DNA from: Deltaproteobacteria bacterium
GTDB lineage: Bacteria > SAR324 > JACQKK01
Direction: 5' to 3'
Length of the DNA: 64,000 nt
Assembly (NCBI GenBank): GCA_029858505.1
Contig: JAOUEW010000004.1
Span: 131,779-195,778 of the forward strand
The position numbers and the translations under genes were made by a program. Under the pieces are notes generated by a model that saw only the letters and a program-made list of their open reading frames with translations, made no database searches and had not been told where the DNA came from. Below, in pieces: positions 43,627 to 52,482 of this stretch. Position 1 is the first letter of the stretch. Each line of letters starts with the position of its first letter.

Positions 43627-44301
43627 TTACAGGTCTTCTTTTTTCAGGTCGGGGGGCGGGGGAGTTTGGTTCATGGGGAAACTTTCCAAAGAGACCCAAG
43701 GCGTGAACCCAAAAAACCGAGCCAGCGGAATAAACGGAAGGGTTTTCAGCGTTTGATTGTATTGGCTGACCGACTGGTTGTAGCTCTCCCGATGGGTGCT
43801 CATTTTTTCTTCCAGGGTTTCCAGCCGGGCCAGAATATGTTCCCATTCCTCCCCCAGAGAATCACGATGGGCCGAGACCTGGGGGATTAACCCAGACAGG
43901 GCATAGGAAATCAGGTTGTCGGTTTCCATCCGCCGGTCGGGGGTAAGGTCCATGCCCAGGGCCTTGGCGCACAACATAGCGATTTCTTTTAGCTGGGGGT
44001 CCCCCGGCCCCATGGTTTGTTCCATCTGGGGCAAAATGCCATAGACCAGCCGGGCTCTCTCCCGCAGCAGCACGGTAAGCCCCCAAAAGTGCCCCCGCAA
44101 TTCGTTGCGCAGGCTGTTCAGGCGGTCATACATAAAAATATGCGCCAACAGCGAAATCATTAAAAAGGCGAACAACAGCCCCATGGCTTCGGGGTTGCGG
44201 TGTTCTCCGGCTTCTGGATTGAGCGGCATGGCGTGGACGGCATGGGTGAAGGGATTGGATGGCAAACAGAATAATATCTCCCGGTCTGGCTGGGGGGTCA
44301 A
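43627..44301 (-). CDS. lemA: LemA family protein
   Basis: Y(D/N)RLNSLR...LTVLLRER and C-terminal YNQSVSQYNQTLKTLPFIPLARFFGF match the LemA family; probable start at MGLLFAFLM (44184); sits immediately upstream of htpX. Confidence 0.7.
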   Translation of the reverse strand: MTPQPDREILFCLPSNPFTHAVHAMPLNPEAGEHRNPEAMGLLFAFLMISLLAHIFMYDRLNSLRNELRGHFWGLTVLLRERARLVYGILPQMEQTMGPGDPQLKEIAMLCAKALGMDLTPDRRMETDNLISYALSGLIPQVSAHRDSLGEEWEHILARLETLEEKMSTHRESYNQSVSQYNQTLKTLPFIPLARFFGFTPWVSLESFPMNQTPPPPDLKKEDL

Positions 44302-44374
44302 GCAAAAAGGACGTGATCAAAAACCTAGAAAACCGGCGGAAAGACCAACTGAGATCTCCGCATAACCTATTTTT

Positions 44375-44480
44375 CCCCATCCCACTGGCCCCTTCCCTGG
44401 GGGAAGGGGGATGATTTTATTGGGGGGCTTCCCCCATTCCCCCTTTACGGCAAAAATCCGGGTTATGTAGAGGTTTCAAA
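44375..44480 (+). repeat. Dispersed repeat family A, copy 2
   Basis: ccttccctgggggaagggggatgattttattggggggcttcccccattccccctttacggcaaaaatccgggttatgtagaggtttc aligns with 3161-3270. Confidence 0.55.
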
Positions 44481-44593
44481 CCTGTCAAACAGGTGAACCG
44501 GAATCTTGCGATCAAGAGAAAGAAAAATAACGCAGAAAAAGATAAATAAAAGATAATGGAAAGAAACGAATAGGGAAGAGAAAAAGCCGGGCA

Positions 44594-44923
44594 TTACATG
44601 CCCATGCCGCCTTCTCCGCTGTCGTCTCCGCTGTCATCGGGTACCGGGGCCACGATGCCGTCATCTCCCCCATCCATGCCGGGCTCTCCGGGGGAGTCTC
44701 CCGAATAGGTGTCCCCAGCGTCTCCCCCTTCGCTCCCTCCCTCGTCTCCGCCCATGCCGCCCATGGCCCCCTGCATGGGCTTCAGGGGGTCGGGGGAATC
44801 TGTGAAAAGGGTGCTTGCCCAGGTTGTGCTGGCGGCCAGGGCCAATGCCATCATGCTTAGAAAGATGGGTTTGAATGGGCGCGGCATGGGTGTGTTAGGG
44901 TTTGGGCGGGGGGAAGGCAACAA
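44594..44923 (-). CDS. Small secreted Gly/Asp/Glu-rich acidic protein
   Basis: Signal peptide (MPRPFKPIFLSMMALALAASTTWAS) then GGMGGDEGGSEGGDAGD... low-complexity acidic tail; likely start 44888. Confidence 0.4.
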   Translation of the reverse strand: MLPSPRPNPNTPMPRPFKPIFLSMMALALAASTTWASTLFTDSPDPLKPMQGAMGGMGGDEGGSEGGDAGDTYSGDSPGEPGMDGGDDGIVAPVPDDSGDDSGEGGMGM

Positions 44924-45002
44924 GGTTTTATTCTTCGAATGTTATTTCCCTCCCCATTCCAATATCCTACGCCGTTTTCAAAATAAATTCATCTCAGGCG
45001 TT

Positions 45003-45150
45003 TTTTTGCTTCCATGCTCGAAGCCATCGGCGATTCTTTTCAACCATTCGGGAAGCATAGACTGGAAGGAAGCCATTACTTCACCCATCGGATTCGATTT
45101 ATTTCCCCTTCCCGTCGGGAAGGGGATGCTCCGTCAGGAGCAGGGGAGGA
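45003..45150 (+). repeat. Dispersed repeat family B, copy 3
   Basis: ccatgctcgaagccatcggcgattcttttcaaccattcgggaagcatagactggaaggaagcc...cacccatcggattcgat then hairpin ttccccttcccgtcgggaagggga. Confidence 0.5.
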
Positions 45151-45185
45151 GTGCTGTTGGAAGGGACAAGGTGGGTATCCAGCGG

Positions 45186-46208
45186 TTAAACGCTTGAGCC
45201 TGTTTGATTGACCCGCCGGTAACGCAGGGGGGTGGTGCCATACCAGCGAATGAACGCCCGGTGAAACGAGGTGGGGTCTTGAAACCCGGTGCGCTCGGCC
45301 ACCACTTCCAGCGGCAGTTTGGTTTCTGCCAGCATGCTTCCAGCCTGTTCACGGCGCAGAGAATCTTGCAGATCATGAAAGGTGGTGGCTTCTTCTTTCA
45401 GCCGATATTGCAAGGTGCGGACGGAAACACCCAGGCGGCCGCTGACCCACTTAACATCGCGGGAAAGATGGTTGGAATCCTCTTGGCGCAGCAGGTCGAG
45501 CACGGTGTGGGCCATGCTGGTTGGTGGATGAGCCGGCAGCAGGCGCTCCAATTGACCCAGCAATTCCGAGGACAGCGTGGGGTTCGACTGGGGAGAAGTC
45601 TGTTCAATCAGGCTGGCGGGGAACAGCACTTCGTTCACGGGTTGGTGAAACTTCACCGGGCACTGAAAAAGGTTTGCGTAAAACGAAGCCTCTGCCAGGG
45701 GGCCGTGCTGAAAGCGGACTTCTAAGGGGCTGCCGTCCTTCAGGCCCAGGCTGGCAAAATAGGCCAGGTTACTGGCCACGATATATTCAAAGCTCAGGGG
45801 CAGGTCATCGGCGCTGACATGCAGGGCATCTAACCGGCAGCGGTACACGTTGCCGTCTTTGCGGGTGCTGGGGCGAATATGATAATTCGCCCGCTGGATA
45901 AACATTTCGGCCAGTTCAATACCCACCCGGGCGTTGGGCATGCTGGCCATGGCATTTCCCATCAGGCCCATGTCGGCGGGGGTCATGGCCCGACCGGTTT
46001 CCAAAACCAAGTGAGACCCCCCGGCGTGCTGAAAGAGTTTTTGCTGCACGGCCTGTTGGATGGCGGGGGATACGGGCTGGAAAGGGTTGATTTGAATGGC
46101 CCGAACCAGGGCATCGTTGCCCACAAATGGGCCGGGGTCTAGGCCCAGCCGTTCGGTTGCCCGCAGCAACGGGCGCAAAAACATCGCCGGTTCAAGGGTG
46201 ATCATCAA
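45186..46208 (-). CDS. AraC/XylS-family transcriptional regulator
   Basis: 340 aa; C-terminal dual HTH (VAERTGFQDPTSFHRAFIRWYGTTPLRYR). Confidence 0.85.
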   Translation of the reverse strand: MMITLEPAMFLRPLLRATERLGLDPGPFVGNDALVRAIQINPFQPVSPAIQQAVQQKLFQHAGGSHLVLETGRAMTPADMGLMGNAMASMPNARVGIELAEMFIQRANYHIRPSTRKDGNVYRCRLDALHVSADDLPLSFEYIVASNLAYFASLGLKDGSPLEVRFQHGPLAEASFYANLFQCPVKFHQPVNEVLFPASLIEQTSPQSNPTLSSELLGQLERLLPAHPPTSMAHTVLDLLRQEDSNHLSRDVKWVSGRLGVSVRTLQYRLKEEATTFHDLQDSLRREQAGSMLAETKLPLEVVAERTGFQDPTSFHRAFIRWYGTTPLRYRRVNQTGSSV

Positions 46209-46769
46209 AAGGCCTTGGGGATAATCCCAGAATAAGTGGGAATATTATGTAAAATAATGGCGTTATTTTTATTACCCCCAGTGATTTGATTCTTATCGTT
46301 TTTAGTCGCCCAATGTCAATAAAATTGCGCGAAATGCTAATTTCTTGCGCCTAGGGCTAATGCTTTTGCACATTTAACCAGGATATTCTGGCCGCAATAG
46401 TTGTTGGGCAGGGAAAGAGTCAGCCGATAGTGGGTCTGGGCCCTCCCTCCAGGCTTGATTATCGGCTGGCTTTTTTTATCTCAAGTTCTCTTCATCAGAG
46501 ACGCTATATGAACCTCGGCCAAAGGACCTGGGGCAATCCGCTTATAAATTCGATGTTAAATATTTGGGAGACATCTGGGTCATCGAAACAGCATCGGGGT
46601 ATAAGCGGTAAATAAGGGCATGGACCGGGTGTAGGGGTCTTTTTATTTTTTAGGAACCGTTGTATATTTCTGGTACTGTTTCTTAATCATGAGCCAAAAA
46701 ATAAGCTGAAAAGCCAGTGATAGGTCACTTTCGTGTGGGGGGCACACAAAGTTCTCGGAGGGTTCTCCC

Positions 46770-49700
46770 ATGTCGTTTATGCACAAAATTTCTTGGGTGG
46801 GGTTGTTGTTTTTGACCAGCGTGCTGTCTGGCTGCGATATTCCCAAAGTGTACCGGGGAATTGACCACCTGCTGCCCACCTGCTTGTACTGCCCGTTTGT
46901 GCAGGCCACCCCACAGACGGTGGCGGAAGACCAAGCGAACGCTCCCATCACGTTGACCGTTACCGACTCCGACTCAACGGCGGTGACCCTGGCTGTGAAG
47001 GCCACCACCGCCAACGGCACCCTGACCTGCCCGGTGAATCCGAACACCACGGCGGGGAACCTGACCTCCGGGTTTACCTTCACCTTTAACTGCACCTATA
47101 CCCCGAACCTAAATTATAACGGTGCGGATAGTTTCGACGTGGTGGCCACCGACAACGCTTTGCCCACGGCCAGCGCTTCCACCACCACCACCATTCCCAT
47201 TACCGTTACGCCGGTGAACGATGCCCCGGTGTGGGGCACCAACCCGGCCACCATGACCTTTAACGAGGACACCCCCACCACCTTCACCGTGACCGCCACG
47301 GACGTGGACGGCCCGGCCCTGACCTTTGCGTCCTTTTCCACCCCCGCCAAGGGTGGGATTGGCTGCTCGGCTCCCAGCCTGGTGGGAATCACCTATACGA
47401 CGACGTGTACGTACATCCCCGGCTTGAACAAGAACGGCGCTGACACTTTCTCCATGCAGGCATCGGATGGCACCCTCACCTCTGCCGCATCCGCCCTGAT
47501 CGGAGTGACCATCAACCCGGTGAACGACTCGCCGGTGATTAACTCTGCCCCGGCCATCAACACCCCGGAAGACACCGCGGCCACCACTACCGTGAACGTG
47601 ACCGATGTGGACGGCGTGGCCCCCACGGTGAGCGTGACCGGGGCCCCAGCCAATGGGGCGGTGGGTTGCGGCGCGGCCACCATGGTGAATGCCACCACCT
47701 GGACCTACGTTTGCACCTTCACCCCCAACTTGAATTGGAATGGAACCGACAGCTTTATTGTGCAGGCCAGCGACGGCTTGGCGTTTGTGAGCACCACCGT
47801 GGGGGTCACCGTGACCCCGGTGAACGATGCCCCGGTGATTACCGCCGCCCCGGCGCTGACCACCAATGAAGACACGGCGGGCACCACCACCGTTACCGTT
47901 ACCGACGTGGACGGCCCCACGCCCACCTTAACCGTAAGCACGGTCCCAACAAAGGGCAGTGCCGCTTGCGGCACGGCCACCGTGGTGAATGCCACCACCT
48001 GGACCTATGTGTGCACGTTGACCCCCACCTTGAACCTGAACGGGGCCGACAGCTTCGCGGTGCGGGCCTCCGACGGCACCCTCACCTCCGCGCCGTCAAC
48101 CATAACGGTGACCATCAACCCGGTAAACGACCCGCCGGTGATTAACTCTGCCCCGGCCATTACCACCCTGGAAGACACGGCAGGAACCACCACCTTGAAC
48201 GTAACCGACGTGGACGGCGTGGCCCCCACGATCACCATTACCACCGCCCCTGCCCTGGGGGGGGTGACCTGCGGCGCGGCCACCGTGGTGAATGCCACCA
48301 CCTGGACTTACCTTTGTACCTTTACCCCCACCCTGAACCTGAACGGGGCCGATAGCTTTATTGTGCAGGCCAGCGACGGGTTGGCGTTTGTGACTTCCAA
48401 CGTGGGTGTGACCATTACCCCGGTGAACGATGCCCCGGTGTGGGGCACCAACCCGGCCACCATGACCTTTAACGAGGACACCCCCACCACCTTCACCGTA
48501 ACCGCAACCGACGTGGACGGCCCGGCCCTGACTTTTGCGTCTGTGGCTGCCCCGACCAAGGGTGCCATCACCTGCGCGGCTTCCTCGGTTGTGGGTACCA
48601 CCTATACTTCAGTGTGTACGTTTACCCCCACCCTAAATCTGAACGGGGCCGACAGCTTCACCATGCGGGCGACGGATGGCACCCTCACCACGGCCACTAC
48701 CGCCGCGATAACGGTGACCATTACCCCGGTGAACGATGCCCCGGTGTGGGGCACCAACCCGGCCTCGATGACCTTTAACGAGGACACCGCCGGGAACTTT
48801 ACGGTGACCGCCACGGACGTGGACGGCCCGGCCCTGACCTTTGCGTCCTTTTCCACCCCCGCCAAGGGTGGGATTGGCTGCTCGGCTCCCAGCCTGGTGG
48901 GAATCACCTATACGGCGACGTGTACGCACAACCCTGGCTTGAACATGAACGGCGCTGACACTTTCTCCATGCAGGCATCGGATGGCACCCTCACCTCTGC
49001 CGCATCCGCCCTGATCGGGGTGACCATCAACCCGGTGAACGACCCGCCGGTGATTACCGGGACCCCGGTGAGCCAGGCCTTCAACAGCGGCGTGGCCCAG
49101 AACCTCACCCTGGCCAATATGGGAATCACCGGCGTGACCGACCCCGACATTGCCACCAATGGCGATGTGCTGACCTATTCCATTGCCGGGCAGCCCACGG
49201 GCGCCCTGGCCTCGGTTCCCTTTGCGGTTGGGGCCACCACCGGCACCATCACGGGTACGGCCTCGGGAGAGGGAACGGTTTCCCCCGAACCCTACACCGT
49301 CACCCTCACGGTGACCGACAGCGGGGGCGGGCAGGGTGCCGGATTCAATATGTCGGCGTCTGCCAACGTGCCGTTCTCGGTGACCGACGTGACCCCGCCC
49401 GTGGTGCCCGTCGTGCATGTGAATCGGTCCACCGCGGGTCTGAATGTCCTTGAAGTCACCTTTTCTCCAGGCTCGGCCGATCAATCTGGAGTGATTATAT
49501 GCCAGCACGTGAAAGGAACACCGGTTCCCACGGCAACCCTCGTGGCGGGGACGGGTGCTTGCAGTTCCGGAGTTTTAACACAGGCGGCAGCCTGGGCCGG
49601 GACCAGTTTCATCCCGGCGATCGCGGGAGGGCCTAATGATTTTGCCGTCTACGCCTATGATGAAGTGATGCTGCTGGGCCCCGGCGTGAACATTACCCTG

Positions 49701-50759
49701 ACCCCGAAAACCGTGTTTGCCGGCGGTGGTTATCAAGCCTCTTTCATGACGCCCATCACTGGAGCGTTGGGTACCTTTGCCTTGGCTTCTGGGGCAAGCT
49801 CGGCTGGGGGTGCTGTCACCGACCCCGCCGGACGGTTTGTATTCACTTCTGATTTTGCGTCCAACACCGTGAGCGCCTACAGCATTGACCAAGTCACCGG
49901 TCTGGTCACCTCCGTGGGGGTGCCCATCGCCAAAACAACCACCGGGATGACCCTTTCCCGACAAATGGCCATTGACCCTGCCGGGCGCTATTTATATGTG
50001 GTGGGTCAAACTTCCAACAGCGTGGCGTCGTTTGCCATCGGCGGTACGGGCATCCTGACTGCGGTGACCGGTTCTCCGTACTCAACGATGGATGCGACAG
50101 CCGTGGCCACGTCTCCCCAATCCCTGGCTGTCCATCCCTCCGGGCAGCTCCTGTTTGTCAACAACAGCGGAGACAAGACGATGGCGGCGTTTGCCGTTGG
50201 CGGAGGAGGGGTGCTGACCCAATTAGATTTAAATCTGGGGGTAGGCGGGCTCCAAAACTTCGCTTTGACGCCCGCTCCGATGGCTTCCCTTTCGGTGGCG
50301 GTGACCCCGGGTGGTAACTGTGCTTATGTGGGAACGCAAACCGGGGTCGGCCAATACGGCATTTATGCCTACACGGTTAACATGGCGGCCACCCCCCCCT
50401 TTACCGCCGTCACGGGCTCTCCTTTCGTCAGTGCGACTCCTCCGAATCACATGACCACCAATTTAACTGGGTCGGTTCTCTATGCGGCGGGCGGCACCAG
50501 CTTGCAGGCATTTACGGTGGACCAAGTTACGGTCCCCTGTGCCCTGACCAGTGCCGCTACTTTGGCGAACGCGACCACTTCTCCGGAAGGCTTGACCCTA
50601 GACCCCACGGGCCAATACCTGTACATTCCGAACAATCAGTATAATATTGGCGTGGACGCGTTTTCGGTGGGTGCTACCGGAACGACCCTGAGCAAAATCG
50701 CCAATTATCCCATTCTCACCAATACCATGGATATCGCGGTGATCGGGTTGTGGCAGTAA
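46770..50759 (+). CDS. Giant surface lipoprotein adhesin: ~9 tandem cadherin/Ig-like ~97-aa repeats plus C-terminal lactonase-type 7-bladed beta-propeller
   Basis: 1329 aa; lipobox LSGC; repeats punctuated by PVND(A/S/P)PV and a conserved Cys pair; C-terminal blades with recurring ..S..V.AF.I....G.LT.V motif. Confidence 0.85.
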   Translation: MSFMHKISWVGLLFLTSVLSGCDIPKVYRGIDHLLPTCLYCPFVQATPQTVAEDQANAPITLTVTDSDSTAVTLAVKATTANGTLTCPVNPNTTAGNLTSGFTFTFNCTYTPNLNYNGADSFDVVATDNALPTASASTTTTIPITVTPVNDAPVWGTNPATMTFNEDTPTTFTVTATDVDGPALTFASFSTPAKGGIGCSAPSLVGITYTTTCTYIPGLNKNGADTFSMQASDGTLTSAASALIGVTINPVNDSPVINSAPAINTPEDTAATTTVNVTDVDGVAPTVSVTGAPANGAVGCGAATMVNATTWTYVCTFTPNLNWNGTDSFIVQASDGLAFVSTTVGVTVTPVNDAPVITAAPALTTNEDTAGTTTVTVTDVDGPTPTLTVSTVPTKGSAACGTATVVNATTWTYVCTLTPTLNLNGADSFAVRASDGTLTSAPSTITVTINPVNDPPVINSAPAITTLEDTAGTTTLNVTDVDGVAPTITITTAPALGGVTCGAATVVNATTWTYLCTFTPTLNLNGADSFIVQASDGLAFVTSNVGVTITPVNDAPVWGTNPATMTFNEDTPTTFTVTATDVDGPALTFASVAAPTKGAITCAASSVVGTTYTSVCTFTPTLNLNGADSFTMRATDGTLTTATTAAITVTITPVNDAPVWGTNPASMTFNEDTAGNFTVTATDVDGPALTFASFSTPAKGGIGCSAPSLVGITYTATCTHNPGLNMNGADTFSMQASDGTLTSAASALIGVTINPVNDPPVITGTPVSQAFNSGVAQNLTLANMGITGVTDPDIATNGDVLTYSIAGQPTGALASVPFAVGATTGTITGTASGEGTVSPEPYTVTLTVTDSGGGQGAGFNMSASANVPFSVTDVTPPVVPVVHVNRSTAGLNVLEVTFSPGSADQSGVIICQHVKGTPVPTATLVAGTGACSSGVLTQAAAWAGTSFIPAIAGGPNDFAVYAYDEVMLLGPGVNITLTPKTVFAGGGYQASFMTPITGALGTFALASGASSAGGAVTDPAGRFVFTSDFASNTVSAYSIDQVTGLVTSVGVPIAKTTTGMTLSRQMAIDPAGRYLYVVGQTSNSVASFAIGGTGILTAVTGSPYSTMDATAVATSPQSLAVHPSGQLLFVNNSGDKTMAAFAVGGGGVLTQLDLNLGVGGLQNFALTPAPMASLSVAVTPGGNCAYVGTQTGVGQYGIYAYTVNMAATPPFTAVTGSPFVSATPPNHMTTNLTGSVLYAAGGTSLQAFTVDQVTVPCALTSAATLANATTSPEGLTLDPTGQYLYIPNNQYNIGVDAFSVGATGTTLSKIANYPILTNTMDIAVIGLWQ
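47130..49070 (+). repeat. Intragenic tandem repeats (~290 bp unit) with several near-identical copies
   Basis: e.g. 47215-47520 vs 48730-49035 and 48425-48530 share long runs of identical nucleotides (gatgccccggtgtggggcaccaacccggcc...gacggcccggccctgac...). Confidence 0.8.
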
Positions 50760-50785
50760 GTCGGGTGAACGGTTCTTTCTAACAA

Positions 50786-50819
50786 CACCTCTCCCCTTTG
50801 GGGAGGGGTGTTTTTTTTT
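50786..50819 (+). terminator. Rho-independent terminator after the adhesin gene
   Basis: cacctctcccc-tttg-gggaggggtg followed by T9. Confidence 0.85.
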
Positions 50820-50859
50820 GCATAGTCTCTACCCCGTACAACACCCCACCCTGGCGGCT

Positions 50860-51295
50860 TTCAGGGGGTGAGGTTTCATCAAGCGGAGAATGGACCTCAC
50901 CCCACCCGCTGGCGCGGGCTGCCCCTCTCCCGATGGAGAGGGGCAATGCTCGAATCCATCGGTTATTCTTTTCAAGCGTTCGGAAAACAAACCCTGGACG
51001 GAAGCAGGCCATGCCCAAACGCCATTAAACTCCCCCTCTCTTCGGGAATGGGGGCGGTGAGGTTTCATCAAGCGGAGAATGGACCTCACCCCGCCCGCTG
51101 GCGCGGGCTGCCCCTCTCCCGATGGAGAGGGGCAATGCTCGAATCCATCGGTTATTTTATTCAAGCGTTCGGAAAACAAACATTGGACGGAAGCAGGCCA
51201 TGCCCAAACGCCATTAAACTCCCCCTCTCTTCGGGAATGGGGGGGTGAGGTCCAAATACGGAAATCAGCGTGTAACTTGTCGGACTTAGGCAGAG
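50860..51295 (+). repeat. Dispersed repeat family B, tandem copies 4 and 5 (~180-bp units) plus a partial third unit
   Basis: Two ~95%-identical units (50868-51057, 51050-51240), each = ggtgaggt..acctcacc hairpin + cccgc-tggc-gcggg hairpin + cccctctcc-cgatg-gagagggg hairpin + core ctcgaatccatcgg..ttcggaaaacaaac..tggacggaagca. Confidence 0.7.
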
Positions 51296-51301
51296 GCTTT
51301 G

Positions 51302-52372
51302 CTAGTCTTGAATGTGATGCTGGATGGGGTGGCCGTGTTCATCCAGGTCATAGGGCCTGCCGCAGGCGCGGCAATGGGTGCGGTGTTCGTGCTTGCGGCG
51401 CAGCTTGGCTTGGTGGGCCCGCTCGCGGTTGATTTCATCCATGAACGACGAGCCCAGCAAACCGGCGGGCAGGGCAAACAAAATCACCCCGGCCACCTGG
51501 GTAAACCCCCCCACAAACCGCCCAAAGGTGGTGATGGGCACCACGTCGCCATAGCCCACGGTGGTCAGGGTGGTGACCACATACCAAAAGGACATGGGGA
51601 TGGAGCCAAACTTATCGGGCTGGGCGTGGCGCTCGGCGTAGTACATCAGGGTGCCGGACAGGGTGAGGGCGATGACCCCCAGCATGAAGGTGAGCATCAA
51701 TTCCTCTTTATGAGAGGAAATGCCCCGGCCAAGGGTGCGAAGGGCTTTGGAGTAGCGCCCAATTTTGGCCAGCCGCATAAACCGGAAAATCCGGGCCAGC
51801 CGGGCCATCCGCAGGTCGATCCCCAACAAAGATTGAATGCCAAACAGGCCCAGGTAAAACGGCAAAACGGAGATGAGGTCTATCAGCGCCATGGGGGTGA
51901 GGGCATAGGCGATTCTGCCCCCAAAGGGCCCATAGCCTTTTTCCACCGCGCACCACATCCGCATTCCGTATTCTACTGAAAATACAATTACAGAGATCAG
52001 GTCGAAGTAATGCAGCCAGGTGTGATAGCCGTGCCAGTACCCCTCGATGGTTTCCAAAATGGCCACAACCCCGTTGGCCACGATGAGCAGCAGCAGCAGC
52101 ACGTCCACCCAGGTGGTGTAGCCATGGCCCCGCTCGCCCGGTTCCAGTTGAATATACACCCAGCGGCGCATGGAGGAGATTTCCTCCTGCAGCATTTCAG
52201 GGTGAGAAAGCCCCTTCAGCAGGCGGGGCACGTTCAGGGGGATGGGCGAAGTGGAAAAGGCGGGCAGCGACGGCATGGCGGCCATGCCGGGCAATCCTTT
52301 CCGTTTTGGCGGAACGGGCGCGGGGGCCAGGGCTTTAGACCCCGTGGGTTTCTTTTTTCCCGGCTTGGCCAT
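51302..52372 (-). CDS. Voltage-gated (Kv-type, 6-TM) potassium channel with Cys/His-rich C-terminal tail
   Basis: 356 aa; S4 with Arg every third residue (RMARLARIFRFMRLAKIGR); selectivity filter TLTTVGYGDV; tail HEHRTHCRACGRPYDLDEHGHPIQHHIQD. Confidence 0.85.
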   Translation of the reverse strand: MAKPGKKKPTGSKALAPAPVPPKRKGLPGMAAMPSLPAFSTSPIPLNVPRLLKGLSHPEMLQEEISSMRRWVYIQLEPGERGHGYTTWVDVLLLLLIVANGVVAILETIEGYWHGYHTWLHYFDLISVIVFSVEYGMRMWCAVEKGYGPFGGRIAYALTPMALIDLISVLPFYLGLFGIQSLLGIDLRMARLARIFRFMRLAKIGRYSKALRTLGRGISSHKEELMLTFMLGVIALTLSGTLMYYAERHAQPDKFGSIPMSFWYVVTTLTTVGYGDVVPITTFGRFVGGFTQVAGVILFALPAGLLGSSFMDEINRERAHQAKLRRKHEHRTHCRACGRPYDLDEHGHPIQHHIQD

Positions 52373-52482
52373 CCGGTCCTCTCAACGTTGGCAAAAGGGG
52401 CTCCCTTGATTCAAATCTACCCAAATTTATTTCTACCAAACCCAACCCATCTCGTCCCCATTGGTCGCATCCAGTGCTGGGC

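Noticed and set aside
47114-48907. Series of ~97-aa minus-strand ORFs (47114-47392, 47393-47698, 47705-47998, 48005-48301, 48308-48601, 48602-48907) inside the adhesin gene
   Set aside because: Their periodicity simply mirrors the tandem repeats of the sense-strand adhesin; the translations are antisense low-complexity (V/T/A/G-rich) and start at repeat-phase ATGs
50829-51432. ORFs 50868-51248, 51079-51432 and 50829-51179 predicted across the tandem family-B repeats
   Set aside because: The translations are internally duplicated because the DNA is a tandem repeat; multiple hairpins and no start context; treated as non-coding repeat
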